Shown: positions 56,033 through 64,000 of the stretch, piece by piece | How positions within the stretch are numbered: the stretch's first letter is position 1 | How the letters are laid out: the number at the start of each line of letters is the position of its first letter | Source: a virus | Lineage: Duplodnaviria > Heunggongvirae > Uroviricota > Caudoviricetes | DNA length: 64,000 nt | IMG/VR virus record: IMGVR_UViG_3300028601_000028 | Coordinates: 17,878 to 81,877 of that record | Direction: 5' to 3' (one strand) | The notes under the pieces: generated by a model | The model's input: the letters and a program-made list of their open reading frames with translations, nothing else | What the model was told of the DNA's origin: nothing | Databases searched by the model: none | Translations under genes and position numbers: made by a program

Positions 56033-56983
56033 TTATCAGATGGACAAATGATTAAAAAAGATATCTTTAATAAATATTATTTACCATTTGTATCAAAACA
56101 AAATACAAATATAAATAATCCACCATTAAATGAATCAAGTGAAATTGATCCTGTATCTTTTTTTAATACACCATCAGTAAAACAAGATGTAATTCAAAAA
56201 ATAAAGAATACAGATACATCAAATATACCAGACGTTAAAATGCCACCACAAGTTGTAAATAAACCAATTGATAATTTACCAAATCAACAAATGGTTAATG
56301 AAAGTATAGTTAAACAAGTTGAAGATTTACCTATACCTAATAATACAAATACTGATGTATCACAATATAAAGTATATGATAATGACGATGATGCATATCA
56401 AGATTTTATTAAAAAAAATCAGCACCCACCAGTTCAACAACCACCAACACCTGCTCCTAAACCTTTAAGTGAAATAGATCAATTATTTGAAGACGAAAAG
56501 ATGGCATTTGGTGAAGAAGAAGCTATAAAAAGAAGAGATATTAGATTAAAAAAGAATCCTGTTGTTCAAAGACAAACAATAGAACAAACACAATCTACTC
56601 ATCAATTTGATCCATCTGAAATGATGTTTAAATCATTTAAGAGAAATCACCCTATTAGTGTAACAATTAAATTTGAAGATAAAATAGGAAATCCTGATTT
56701 TGTTAAAATGATGATGGAAAATATGGATGGTGATATTGTAGGATATTATAAAAAAATAATAATGAATAATATTATTAATAATATTAAACATGTTGAAGAC
56801 GAAGTAGAAAGATGTATAAAATTAGAAATTTTTGGAGAAGAACCAGAAGATGAATTAATTCCAGGTGGAAAAACAAAAGCAGGTAAACAATTATATAAAT
56901 ACATTGACGAAAATGGTAAAATAATTGAAATGTTACCAACCACCGCTAAAAAGAAAAACTTAAAACCTTATAAAACAGAATAA
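55955..56983 (+). CDS. Pro/Gln-rich hypothetical protein (342 aa)
   Basis: ORF with PPVQQPPTPAPKP-type low-complexity segments and a structured C-terminal domain. Confidence 0.4.
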   Translation: MSQFYKKDDAQRKIVTIVDEQDIFYQLSDGQMIKKDIFNKYYLPFVSKQNTNINNPPLNESSEIDPVSFFNTPSVKQDVIQKIKNTDTSNIPDVKMPPQVVNKPIDNLPNQQMVNESIVKQVEDLPIPNNTNTDVSQYKVYDNDDDAYQDFIKKNQHPPVQQPPTPAPKPLSEIDQLFEDEKMAFGEEEAIKRRDIRLKKNPVVQRQTIEQTQSTHQFDPSEMMFKSFKRNHPISVTIKFEDKIGNPDFVKMMMENMDGDIVGYYKKIIMNNIINNIKHVEDEVERCIKLEIFGEEPEDELIPGGKTKAGKQLYKYIDENGKIIEMLPTTAKKKNLKPYKTE

Positions 56984-57402
56984 TGAATATTGTATTAGAT
57001 TTTGATGGAACTTGTGTATCACATGAGTTTCCATCTATTGGAAAAGATATTGGTGCAATACCAGTATTAAAGGAACTTGTAGATAATGGACATAATATAA
57101 TATTATTTACAATGAGAAGTGATAGATTGGAAAATAATGATACTGGTGATGATAATATAGATGATATCACTGGTAATTTTTTAACGGATGCTGTAAATTG
57201 GTTTAATGAAAATGATATACCTTTATATGGTATACAAACAAATCCTACACAAAAAAATTGGACAACATCTCCTAAGGCATATGGAGATATTTATATAGAT
57301 GATGCTGCACTTGGTTGTCCTTTAGTTTATGAACATGGACATCGACCATATGTTGATTGGATAAAAGTTAAAGAAATGTTAAAATTGATGGGATTAATTT
57401 AA
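56983..57402 (+). CDS. small HAD-superfamily phosphatase-like protein
   Basis: N-terminal LDFDGTCV (DxDGT motif I). ILFTMRS (motif II Thr/Ser). IYIDDAA (motif IV acidic pair). 139 aa. Confidence 0.45.
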   Translation: MNIVLDFDGTCVSHEFPSIGKDIGAIPVLKELVDNGHNIILFTMRSDRLENNDTGDDNIDDITGNFLTDAVNWFNENDIPLYGIQTNPTQKNWTTSPKAYGDIYIDDAALGCPLVYEHGHRPYVDWIKVKEMLKLMGLI

Positions 57403-57420
57403 AATCCCATTTTTTATTTT
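57390..57420 (+). terminator. rho-independent terminator (stop codon in loop)
   Basis: gggatt-aatttaaa-aatccc followed by attttttatttt. Confidence 0.65.
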
Positions 57421-57447
57421 TAATATGTACTAAAAAAATATAAAAAT

Positions 57448-57726
57448 ATGATTAAAAAATTTAAACATTATATAAATGATTCTGATAAAATATCAGAAGA
57501 TGATTATAGATATTTTAAAAGAAACTTCTTAGATGATAAAGGTAAATATGTAAAAGATATTAAGGATAATAGAAATAAATGGGAAAAGATGATGTTAGCA
57601 ACATGTAAAAATCATTGGGGTATTGGTGATGGCGGAAAAGATTTCCCAAAAGAAGAAATGAAAAAAGTTATATCTGAATTTTTAGATGATTACATTAAAA
57701 AATTTGATAAGATAGATTCTATTTAA
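57448..57726 (+). CDS. hypothetical protein (92 aa)
   Basis: ORF. Confidence 0.3.
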   Translation: MIKKFKHYINDSDKISEDDYRYFKRNFLDDKGKYVKDIKDNRNKWEKMMLATCKNHWGIGDGGKDFPKEEMKKVISEFLDDYIKKFDKIDSI

Positions 57727-57773
57727 ATTCTTAGATTCATTTAAACAAAAATAATAAAAACAAAATACAAAAT

Positions 57774-57806
57774 TATCCCTATATATATATTATATGGGGA
57801 TTTTTT
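57774..57806 (+). terminator. hairpin + T-run (atccc-(ta)n-ggggat tttttt) immediately upstream of the next ATG
   Basis: Inverted repeat atccctatatatatattatatggggat followed by tttttt and then the ATG at 57807. Confidence 0.4.
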
Positions 57807-58004
57807 ATGACAATGTATTTAACTAAACCACCATCAAATCCTAAAGATGGTGATTCTTTTTATGATAAAACAAACAATCAATTTTATATTTACCATTTTA
57901 ATAAGTGGTATTTGTTTTCTATTGTAAAAAATCAAACAAATATATTATTTGAACGAAAACAAAAAATAAATAAACTTTTATATAATATTAATAATATAAA
58001 CTAA
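57807..58004 (+). CDS. small hypothetical protein (65 aa)
   Basis: ORF. Confidence 0.25.
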   Translation: MTMYLTKPPSNPKDGDSFYDKTNNQFYIYHFNKWYLFSIVKNQTNILFERKQKINKLLYNINNIN

Positions 58005-58029
58005 AATTAAAAATTAAAAACTAAAAATT

Positions 58030-58287
58030 ATGAAAGCAAAAATCGTTAAAAAAGAGTATTATGTAGCTGTTACAAAAGATGGTAAAGAATACTATGTAGA
58101 TATTGAAGATAAATTAATTAAGGATGCTTACAAAAATAAAAAATCCATTAAAGGTAATATTATAGAAGATACAATTGTTAATGTTTATGATGATGGTACA
58201 ATGTCTAGAAGTTATTCTGTTTATGAGAAATTTATACCTATTGAAGATAATTGTAAATGCAATAAAAAATGTGATTGTGAAAAATAA
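58030..58287 (+). CDS. small hypothetical protein with C-terminal Cys cluster (CKCNKKCDCEK)
   Basis: ORF. Confidence 0.3.
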   Translation: MKAKIVKKEYYVAVTKDGKEYYVDIEDKLIKDAYKNKKSIKGNIIEDTIVNVYDDGTMSRSYSVYEKFIPIEDNCKCNKKCDCEK

Positions 58288-58298
58288 TGTAAATAATA

Positions 58299-58691
58299 AT
58301 GAAAATAGATTTACTATATCTAAATGAAGCAAAAAGAATAAGATTAGATTATTTAAATAACCTAAAGTATATATCTGATAAAGAAGAAGATATTAAAAGT
58401 TATTTAAGTAAATTAGATGATATAAAGAAGTATATAACAGAAAATGAAATAGAAGATAGAGGAGAATATAATGATATACTATTAAATATAAATAAAAATA
58501 TCGATATTTTAAAGGATTATATAAGTGTATATAATGATAATATTAAACAATTAGATATAGATCAAAAGAAATTATATTTCAATATTAAAGATAAATATAA
58601 AGATATATCTGATGATGATATAAGAAAACAAATAATAGAGTATATTAAACCATTCGATGAAGAATTTAAAAAAAAATTAAACAATGAATAA
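58299..58691 (+). CDS. hypothetical helical protein (130 aa)
   Basis: ORF overlapping the start of the peptidase gene by 8 nt. Confidence 0.3.
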   Translation: MKIDLLYLNEAKRIRLDYLNNLKYISDKEEDIKSYLSKLDDIKKYITENEIEDRGEYNDILLNINKNIDILKDYISVYNDNIKQLDIDQKKLYFNIKDKYKDISDDDIRKQIIEYIKPFDEEFKKKLNNE

Positions 58692-59751
58692 AGAATTTTT
58701 AATAGATTATTTAAGTACAAACTCTCCTTCTACATATGAATTAGAAGGACAACTATTATGGAAAAATTATTTATCAAAATATGTTGATAATTTTCATGTT
58801 GATAATTATGGTTCAATTGCAGCTATAATTCATAACAATGACATAATGGCTGAAAAATTTAAAGTTGTAATTGAAGCACATGCTGATGAAATTGGTTTTA
58901 TTGTAAATAATATTACAGATGATGGTTATATTAATGTAATCGGTAATGGTGGAATTGATTATAATATTGTACCAGGTACACATGTTAACATAATGGGAAA
59001 TAATGGATTAATTAAAGGTGTATTTGGATGGGTACCTGTTCATCTTATTGAAAAAGAAGATAAATTATCACCTAAACAAGATAATGTTTTTATTGATATT
59101 GGAGCTTCTTCGAAAGAAGAAGTTACTGAAATGGGAATAGAATTAGGACAATTTATTGTATTTAATAGAAAACCAGAAATAATTAATAATAAGATATTTA
59201 GTAAATCTTTAGATAATAAAATAGGTGGATATATTATAGCAGAAGTAGCTAGAAAATTAAAAGAAGAAAACATTAAATTGCCTTATGATTTATACATTAT
59301 AAATGCTGTTCAAGAAGAAGTTGGATTAAGAGGAGCTAGAATGATAACCGAACAAATAAAACCAGATATTGCTATATGTATAGATGTATGTCATGATACC
59401 AATATACCATTAATAGATAAAAAGAAACACGGTGATTATAAAATAGGTGAAGGTATTGTAATAACACAATCCCCTGCTATACAAAGAAACTTTTTAAAAT
59501 TGATGAAAGATACAGCAAAAGAAAATGATATTAAATTTAAATTAGAAATTAATAAATATAATACTGGAACAGATACAGATGCATATAACTTATCTAATGG
59601 TGGTGTAATATCAGGTTTAATTTCTGTGCCAGTTAAATACATGCATACACCAAATGAAGTAGCATCATTAGATGATGTACAAAATGCAATAGACTTCTAT
59701 TTTAATTTATTACAAAATATACAACATCAACATGATTTTAAATACTTCTAA
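58684..59751 (+). CDS. M42-family metallo-aminopeptidase (FrvX/PepA/TET-like)
   Basis: HADEIGF (M42 H.DEIGF metal site). LDNKIGG (Dd..G). QEEVGLRGA, a near-exact match to the M42 signature. Length 355 aa. Confidence 0.7.
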   Translation: MNKEFLIDYLSTNSPSTYELEGQLLWKNYLSKYVDNFHVDNYGSIAAIIHNNDIMAEKFKVVIEAHADEIGFIVNNITDDGYINVIGNGGIDYNIVPGTHVNIMGNNGLIKGVFGWVPVHLIEKEDKLSPKQDNVFIDIGASSKEEVTEMGIELGQFIVFNRKPEIINNKIFSKSLDNKIGGYIIAEVARKLKEENIKLPYDLYIINAVQEEVGLRGARMITEQIKPDIAICIDVCHDTNIPLIDKKKHGDYKIGEGIVITQSPAIQRNFLKLMKDTAKENDIKFKLEINKYNTGTDTDAYNLSNGGVISGLISVPVKYMHTPNEVASLDDVQNAIDFYFNLLQNIQHQHDFKYF

Positions 59752-59762
59752 TCAAATGATTA

Positions 59763-59796
59763 ATAACCACTTAAAAATAAGTGGTTATTTTTTTAT
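59763..59796 (+). terminator. rho-independent terminator after the peptidase gene
   Basis: ataaccactta-aaaa-taagtggttat followed by ttttttt. Confidence 0.7.
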
Positions 59797-59856
59797 AAAA
59801 AATTTGTATAATTAAAAAAAGTTATATACTTTTGTAATCTCATTTGAATTAAAAGA

Positions 59857-60309
59857 ATGCACACTAAATTAGACATTGAGATTACAATAAGTGATTTGAA
59901 ATTATCTGGTAATGGTATATTGAAAGATGATACCATTAAATCTATTTACATTAAATTTAATGATGTTGATGATAGATTTCAAATATTTAATTGTATAAAA
60001 AGACACCAATTATATATTGATACCAATGATATGAGAGTGTTGTGTTCTGATGAAGCACCTACGGGCAGATTAACACATAAAGCTATAATAGTACCATCTT
60101 TATCTAATATAGGTAATGAAGTATCATTAAGTTTTTTTGATGATGAATGTAGAAAAGATTACCTTAAAAAATTATATACTACATTATTAAACTGGGCAAA
60201 TAATTGGCATGGTTTTGATAAAGATTCACCTAGTAATATATCAGTTGTTGATAATAGATGGGTAGTTTATTGTGATAAAAAAAATATGGATGAATATGAT
60301 GAATGTTAA
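59857..60309 (+). CDS. hypothetical protein (150 aa)
   Basis: ORF. Confidence 0.35.
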   Translation: MHTKLDIEITISDLKLSGNGILKDDTIKSIYIKFNDVDDRFQIFNCIKRHQLYIDTNDMRVLCSDEAPTGRLTHKAIIVPSLSNIGNEVSLSFFDDECRKDYLKKLYTTLLNWANNWHGFDKDSPSNISVVDNRWVVYCDKKNMDEYDEC

Positions 60310-60320
60310 AAATAAATAAT

Positions 60321-60425
60321 ATGAAAAAAATTAATTTTGATGATTTAAAATTTATGGTAGGTATAACCATTGGTATTGTGGTATTTGCAGTAATTATGTA
60401 TTCAATTTTTAAAATATTAATTTAA
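60321..60425 (+). CDS. possible 34-aa single-pass membrane peptide (MKKINFDDLKFMVGITIGIVVFAVIMYSIFKILI)
   Basis: Hand-translated short ORF, absent from the supplied track. Hydrophobic core consistent with a TM helix. Confidence 0.2.
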   Translation: MKKINFDDLKFMVGITIGIVVFAVIMYSIFKILI

Positions 60426-60571
60426 TTAAAAATGAAAAAACTAAAAGATTTTCTTTGACAGTATTTAACTATAATTGATAAAGTATCAAATATAGTTCGG
60501 TTGTATCAATCGTTAAAAAGGTAAATAAAACAAAACAATTAAATTATTATTAACTTAAAACAAATTAAATT

Positions 60572-61963
60572 ATGTTAACTTTTTTTGGAGTATTAGCTGT
60601 AATTTTAGGAATTGCACTATTTATTATTAAACCATTTTTATCATTATCTGATGAATACCAAGTAAAAACAGATAGACTTGGAAATCAAGTTAAAGTATTA
60701 GTTAAGAAAAAGTCACACCCATTTTTAATTCAACTAACTAAAAAATGGAATGCATTATCGATCCTATTAGTTGGTTTATTTCTAATTATGATACCGTATT
60801 TATTTTTCTATGCAGAAAGAGGCTATAATTATCTATTAGTATACCCAAATGGTAAAATGGATGCTGTAATGACACAAGGTATTAAATTTAGATGGTTTGC
60901 AAAAATTGATCAATGGCAAAAATATATTGATGTAAAAGTTGTGAATGAAACTAATCAAAAAGAAACAGATGTCAGTGAATTGGAGGGTGTAATGAGACCT
61001 GTTCCTATTAGATTTATTGATCAGGTAACAGCAGATGGTTATGTTTCTCTTAGGTTTCAAATACCAGAAGTTAAAGAACTATTTATTGAATTAGCCGTAA
61101 AATATAGAACAATGAGTAATTTGGTTTATAATACAATTATACCAACCGCACGTGAACAACTTATTAATACTGGTTATATGTTTGCTGCGCAAGATTATAT
61201 TTCAGGAGATGCTCAAAGTTTTAGACAAACATTTGAAGAACAATTAAAAAATGGCACATATGCTGTTAATAAAATTGAAAAAATTGATACAGTATATGCA
61301 GATATAGAAATGAAAGATAATTCAAGAAGAATTAAAGAAATAAAAACTAGATATGAAGTAAAACGTATTGAAGTAGATGGTATAGTTAAACGTATCCCAC
61401 ATGAATTATCAGAGAATAATATTATTGTATCACAGGTTATTGTAGATGATATTGATCTTGAAAAAGCATTTAAAACAAGATTGGAAAAACAGAGGGATGA
61501 ATCAGCAAAAAGACAACTTGAACAACAAATGATTGAAACTGCTAAAGCAGAACAACAACGTATCATTGCTCAAGGTGAACGTGATAAAGCACAAGAAAGA
61601 GTAAATCAAGAAAAAGAACAAGTATCTAAACTTATTGCAATTGAAACTAAACTTAAACAAGAGTCAACAGAACGAGATTTAGCAAAAATTGCACTCGAAA
61701 CTGAAAAATTAAAATCACAAGCAGTTAAAGTAAAAGCAGATGCAGAATCATATCAAAATAGACAACTTGTTAATGCTGGTCTTACTCCACAGGAAAGAGC
61801 TAAAATTGATAAAGAGACCGCTATTGGTGTAGCAGCTGAGTTAGCTAAAATGAAATTTCCTACCTATATGGTTATTGGTGGAGAAAATGGTGAAAGTAAT
61901 CCTATTGAAGCATTAATAGGATCAGCAATGGCAAAACAACTCTTAGAACCAACAAAAAAATAA
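60572..61963 (+). CDS. SPFH/band-7 (HflK/C-, flotillin-like) membrane protein
   Basis: N-terminal TM (LTFFGVLAVILGIALFII). Central SPFH-like region ending IVSQVIVDDIDLEKAFKTRLEKQR. Long Ala/Glu/Gln-rich coiled coil (QQRIIAQGERDKAQERVNQEKEQ...), as in HflK/flotillin. Confidence 0.5.
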   Translation: MLTFFGVLAVILGIALFIIKPFLSLSDEYQVKTDRLGNQVKVLVKKKSHPFLIQLTKKWNALSILLVGLFLIMIPYLFFYAERGYNYLLVYPNGKMDAVMTQGIKFRWFAKIDQWQKYIDVKVVNETNQKETDVSELEGVMRPVPIRFIDQVTADGYVSLRFQIPEVKELFIELAVKYRTMSNLVYNTIIPTAREQLINTGYMFAAQDYISGDAQSFRQTFEEQLKNGTYAVNKIEKIDTVYADIEMKDNSRRIKEIKTRYEVKRIEVDGIVKRIPHELSENNIIVSQVIVDDIDLEKAFKTRLEKQRDESAKRQLEQQMIETAKAEQQRIIAQGERDKAQERVNQEKEQVSKLIAIETKLKQESTERDLAKIALETEKLKSQAVKVKADAESYQNRQLVNAGLTPQERAKIDKETAIGVAAELAKMKFPTYMVIGGENGESNPIEALIGSAMAKQLLEPTKK

Positions 61964-61982
61964 TTAAATTATAATTATTTTT

Positions 61983-62016
61983 AAACCCTGTCTCAAAAAG
62001 ATAGGGTTTTTTATTT
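61983..62016 (+). terminator. rho-independent terminator after the SPFH gene
   Basis: aaaccctgtct-caaaa-agatagggtttttt with a T-run. Confidence 0.7.
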
Positions 62017-62049
62017 TATATATATGGGTATAAAAAATATTCTTAATAT

Positions 62050-63582
62050 ATGAAATTGATAAAAACACATCAAGATTACTTAGAATATCTAATAATTGAA
62101 TCTATTAATAATGATGAATTTCTTTTTATTATTTCTTCTGAATTATATAATTTATTAAAAACAATTAATCATCCCATTGCAGAAGAATTAGTAACACAAT
62201 ACTTAGGTATTTATGATAATTTAAAAAAACAAACATTTTTAGATATTGTTTATGATGAACATGATAAATTTTATTTTGTTAATAGTAATAAATTGATATC
62301 CGTTATTAATAAAGATTATCCAGAATCATGGAAAAAATATAATCCAAATAGATATATAATTGATTTAGTTAGAGAAAATCCATCAATTATAAATAAAATA
62401 AGAACTAAAATCAGAATAGGTAGATTAATAAAAAAATTATTTGGTGATAAATTTCCAGAAAGCGGAAAACCAGGAGAAGATATACAATCATTCATGGATG
62501 AATACGCAAGACAATTTGAAGTAAAAGGGGATTTTAGAGTAGTAGAAGGTGAAGATATTATAAAATATTATAATGTAAATAAATATTCTCAATCTACTAA
62601 ATCAAATCCATTAAGAGGGTCATGTATGAGATATGAAGAATGTGGGGATTATTTAAAATTTTATGCAATTAATCCAGATAAAGTTAAACTTATTATATTA
62701 ATGGATGAAGATCATGATGATAAAATAAAAGGCAGAGCATTATTATGGAAGATAGATGAAATAAATGAAGAAAAAGTAGACGATGTTTATTTTATGGATC
62801 GAATATATTTTATTGATAATGAAACACTTAATAATTTTGTTGCTTATGCTATACAAAATGGTTATCTTTATAAAATGAATCAAACATCACAAAATGATGA
62901 GAAAATTGTTAATCCTAAATTACAAATATCTGATAAATTAATATTAAAAGTTAAAGATATAAATTATGATAAGAATTTATTATTCCCATATTTAGATACA
63001 TTATATATGTATAATCCATATGAAAAGATATTAACTAATGATGATCAAAAATATGGAGCAAAACAAAATTATGTGACATTAGATGCATTAGAAGGTAAAA
63101 CTAAAATAATTTGGTCAGATAGATATAATGATATTTTATTAAAAAAAATCAATTCATACTATTCTGAATATTTAAAAGAATATATTAAAAAAGAAGATAG
63201 TGAAACAGTTGTAATTAATGGTGTATATGATAATATAACAAAAGAAGATTTAAAAAAACTTAAATTTAGTAAAGAGTATCAAACATATTATGATGAAAAA
63301 AATGTTATATACCTAGAAGAATATGACGATTATATACCTTTAAATAAATTAGATTTATATTTCGTATATTCAGACTTTTTTAATAGATATTATAGAGATA
63401 CAGATGCAATATATTCTAAATATATGAATGATTATATACCGATTGAACATGCAATAAGAGTTTATACTGATAAAAATCGTAATAATTACTATATTACATT
63501 GATAGATGATCCAAATGAAAATTTTTACAAATATAACGGAGAATATTATTCAAATGATGTTAAAAAAGAAGATTTAAAATAA
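62050..63582 (+). CDS. paralogous-family protein (510 aa), tandem with the next gene
   Basis: Shares KIRIGRLIKKLFGDKFPESG and the GSCM...KVKL...GRAL.W...FMDRIY core with 18451..19485 and 63583..64000. Confidence 0.45.
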   Translation: MKLIKTHQDYLEYLIIESINNDEFLFIISSELYNLLKTINHPIAEELVTQYLGIYDNLKKQTFLDIVYDEHDKFYFVNSNKLISVINKDYPESWKKYNPNRYIIDLVRENPSIINKIRTKIRIGRLIKKLFGDKFPESGKPGEDIQSFMDEYARQFEVKGDFRVVEGEDIIKYYNVNKYSQSTKSNPLRGSCMRYEECGDYLKFYAINPDKVKLIILMDEDHDDKIKGRALLWKIDEINEEKVDDVYFMDRIYFIDNETLNNFVAYAIQNGYLYKMNQTSQNDEKIVNPKLQISDKLILKVKDINYDKNLLFPYLDTLYMYNPYEKILTNDDQKYGAKQNYVTLDALEGKTKIIWSDRYNDILLKKINSYYSEYLKEYIKKEDSETVVINGVYDNITKEDLKKLKFSKEYQTYYDEKNVIYLEEYDDYIPLNKLDLYFVYSDFFNRYYRDTDAIYSKYMNDYIPIEHAIRVYTDKNRNNYYITLIDDPNENFYKYNGEYYSNDVKKEDLK

Positions 63583-64000
63583 ATGAAAATACTATTAGAT
63601 TTTAATGATTATATAATAGATTTAGTTTTAGAGAACATTAGTAAAGATTTACCATTTATTTTATCAGGAAGATTAGTGGATATATTAGAAAACATAGACC
63701 ATGATATTGTAGATGAACTTTTATCAAAACATAACCAATATGAAAAAATATCATTAATTGATATATCAGATGAATTTGATAAATTCACTGTATCAAATTC
63801 ACCAAAAATAATTGAACTTTTATCAAAACATTATAACAAAGATAATATAACAGATATAGATTTTTATAATTATATTGATACAAATAAAGATATATGGGAT
63901 AAATTTAGAAATAAGGTAAAGATAGGTAGATTAATAAAAAAATTATTCGGTGATAAATTCCCTGACAGTGGTAGTGATGATAGTATAGAATCATTTATCA
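63583..64000 (+). CDS. paralogous-family protein, 5' part only (runs off the window end)
   Basis: Starts in the same frame immediately after the stop of 62050..63582. KVKIGRLIKKLFGDKFPDSG is conserved. The DNA at 63925..63965 nearly repeats 62416..62462. Confidence 0.4.
   Translation, partial: MKILLDFNDYIIDLVLENISKDLPFILSGRLVDILENIDHDIVDELLSKHNQYEKISLIDISDEFDKFTVSNSPKIIELLSKHYNKDNITDIDFYNYIDTNKDIWDKFRNKVKIGRLIKKLFGDKFPDSGSDDSIESFI

Noticed and set aside
60440-60480. Sigma70-type promoter TTGACA...TATAAT upstream of the SPFH gene
   Set aside because: TTGACA is present at about 60456, but the TATAAT-like hexamer is only 9 nt downstream. That spacing is incompatible with a canonical -35/-10 promoter, so it is only mentioned, not called.
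1-64000. CRISPR array or other regularly spaced direct repeats
   Set aside because: No repeat-spacer periodicity was seen. The only tandem repeats are the short hexamer run at 24120..24180 and the paralog-derived 45-nt duplication near the window end.

Overview
This 64 kb window is extremely AT-rich and densely packed with genes. It reads as a segment of a T4-like (Tevenvirinae-type) jumbo myovirus rather than a cellular genome. The phage call rests on direct similarity to T4 proteins:
- UvsX recombinase (3053..4249).
- gp41/DnaB replicative helicase (4271..7271).
- gp17-type large terminase (25146..29048).
- UvsW helicase (33868..35436), followed by a UvsY-like mediator with a T4-like small ORF between them.
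- gp44-type clamp loader (52207..53163).
- A gp25-like baseplate protein and very large tail/baseplate proteins (2036 aa and 1017 aa).

Other identifiable content: a class II (B12-type) ribonucleotide reductase NrdJ, thioredoxin, adenine phosphoribosyltransferase, an M42 aminopeptidase, an SPFH/band-7 protein, a DinG/XPD-like Fe-S helicase, a HAD-like phosphatase, ankyrin- and MORN-repeat proteins, one tRNA (probably Gly-UCC), and several strong rho-independent terminators.

The most striking content is a repeated 'fractured gene' architecture. Three essential genes are each broken into two separately translated ORFs at a conserved catalytic motif: gp41 helicase at the Walker A 'NVGK|S' site, NrdJ, and TerL at Walker A 'SRQMGK|T'. 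The break points carry the N- and C-halves of a split intein. Between the halves sits a free-standing ORF of one homing-endonuclease family, with a Zn-finger N-terminus and a Vsr/DUF559-like 'NGDYWHxNP ... VLVIWE' C-terminus. Two of the splits are atypical, with very short N-intein fragments (34 aa in gp41 and 53 aa in TerL). NrdJ also carries a second, contiguous HNH-containing intein inside the 'TNP|CGEIPL' active-site motif. Additional copies of the endonuclease family are free-standing, including one decayed pseudogene.

A second notable item is a lone IS200/605-family TnpB (15573..16808). It has no TnpA, its RuvC-II glutamate is replaced by glycine, and its zinc finger has lost its cysteines. 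It may be a nuclease-dead or rearranged-site derivative, i.e. a candidate exapted RNA-guided factor.

Many ORFs in the six-frame track are shadow ORFs of AT-rich sequence and were rejected. No CRISPR array was seen.
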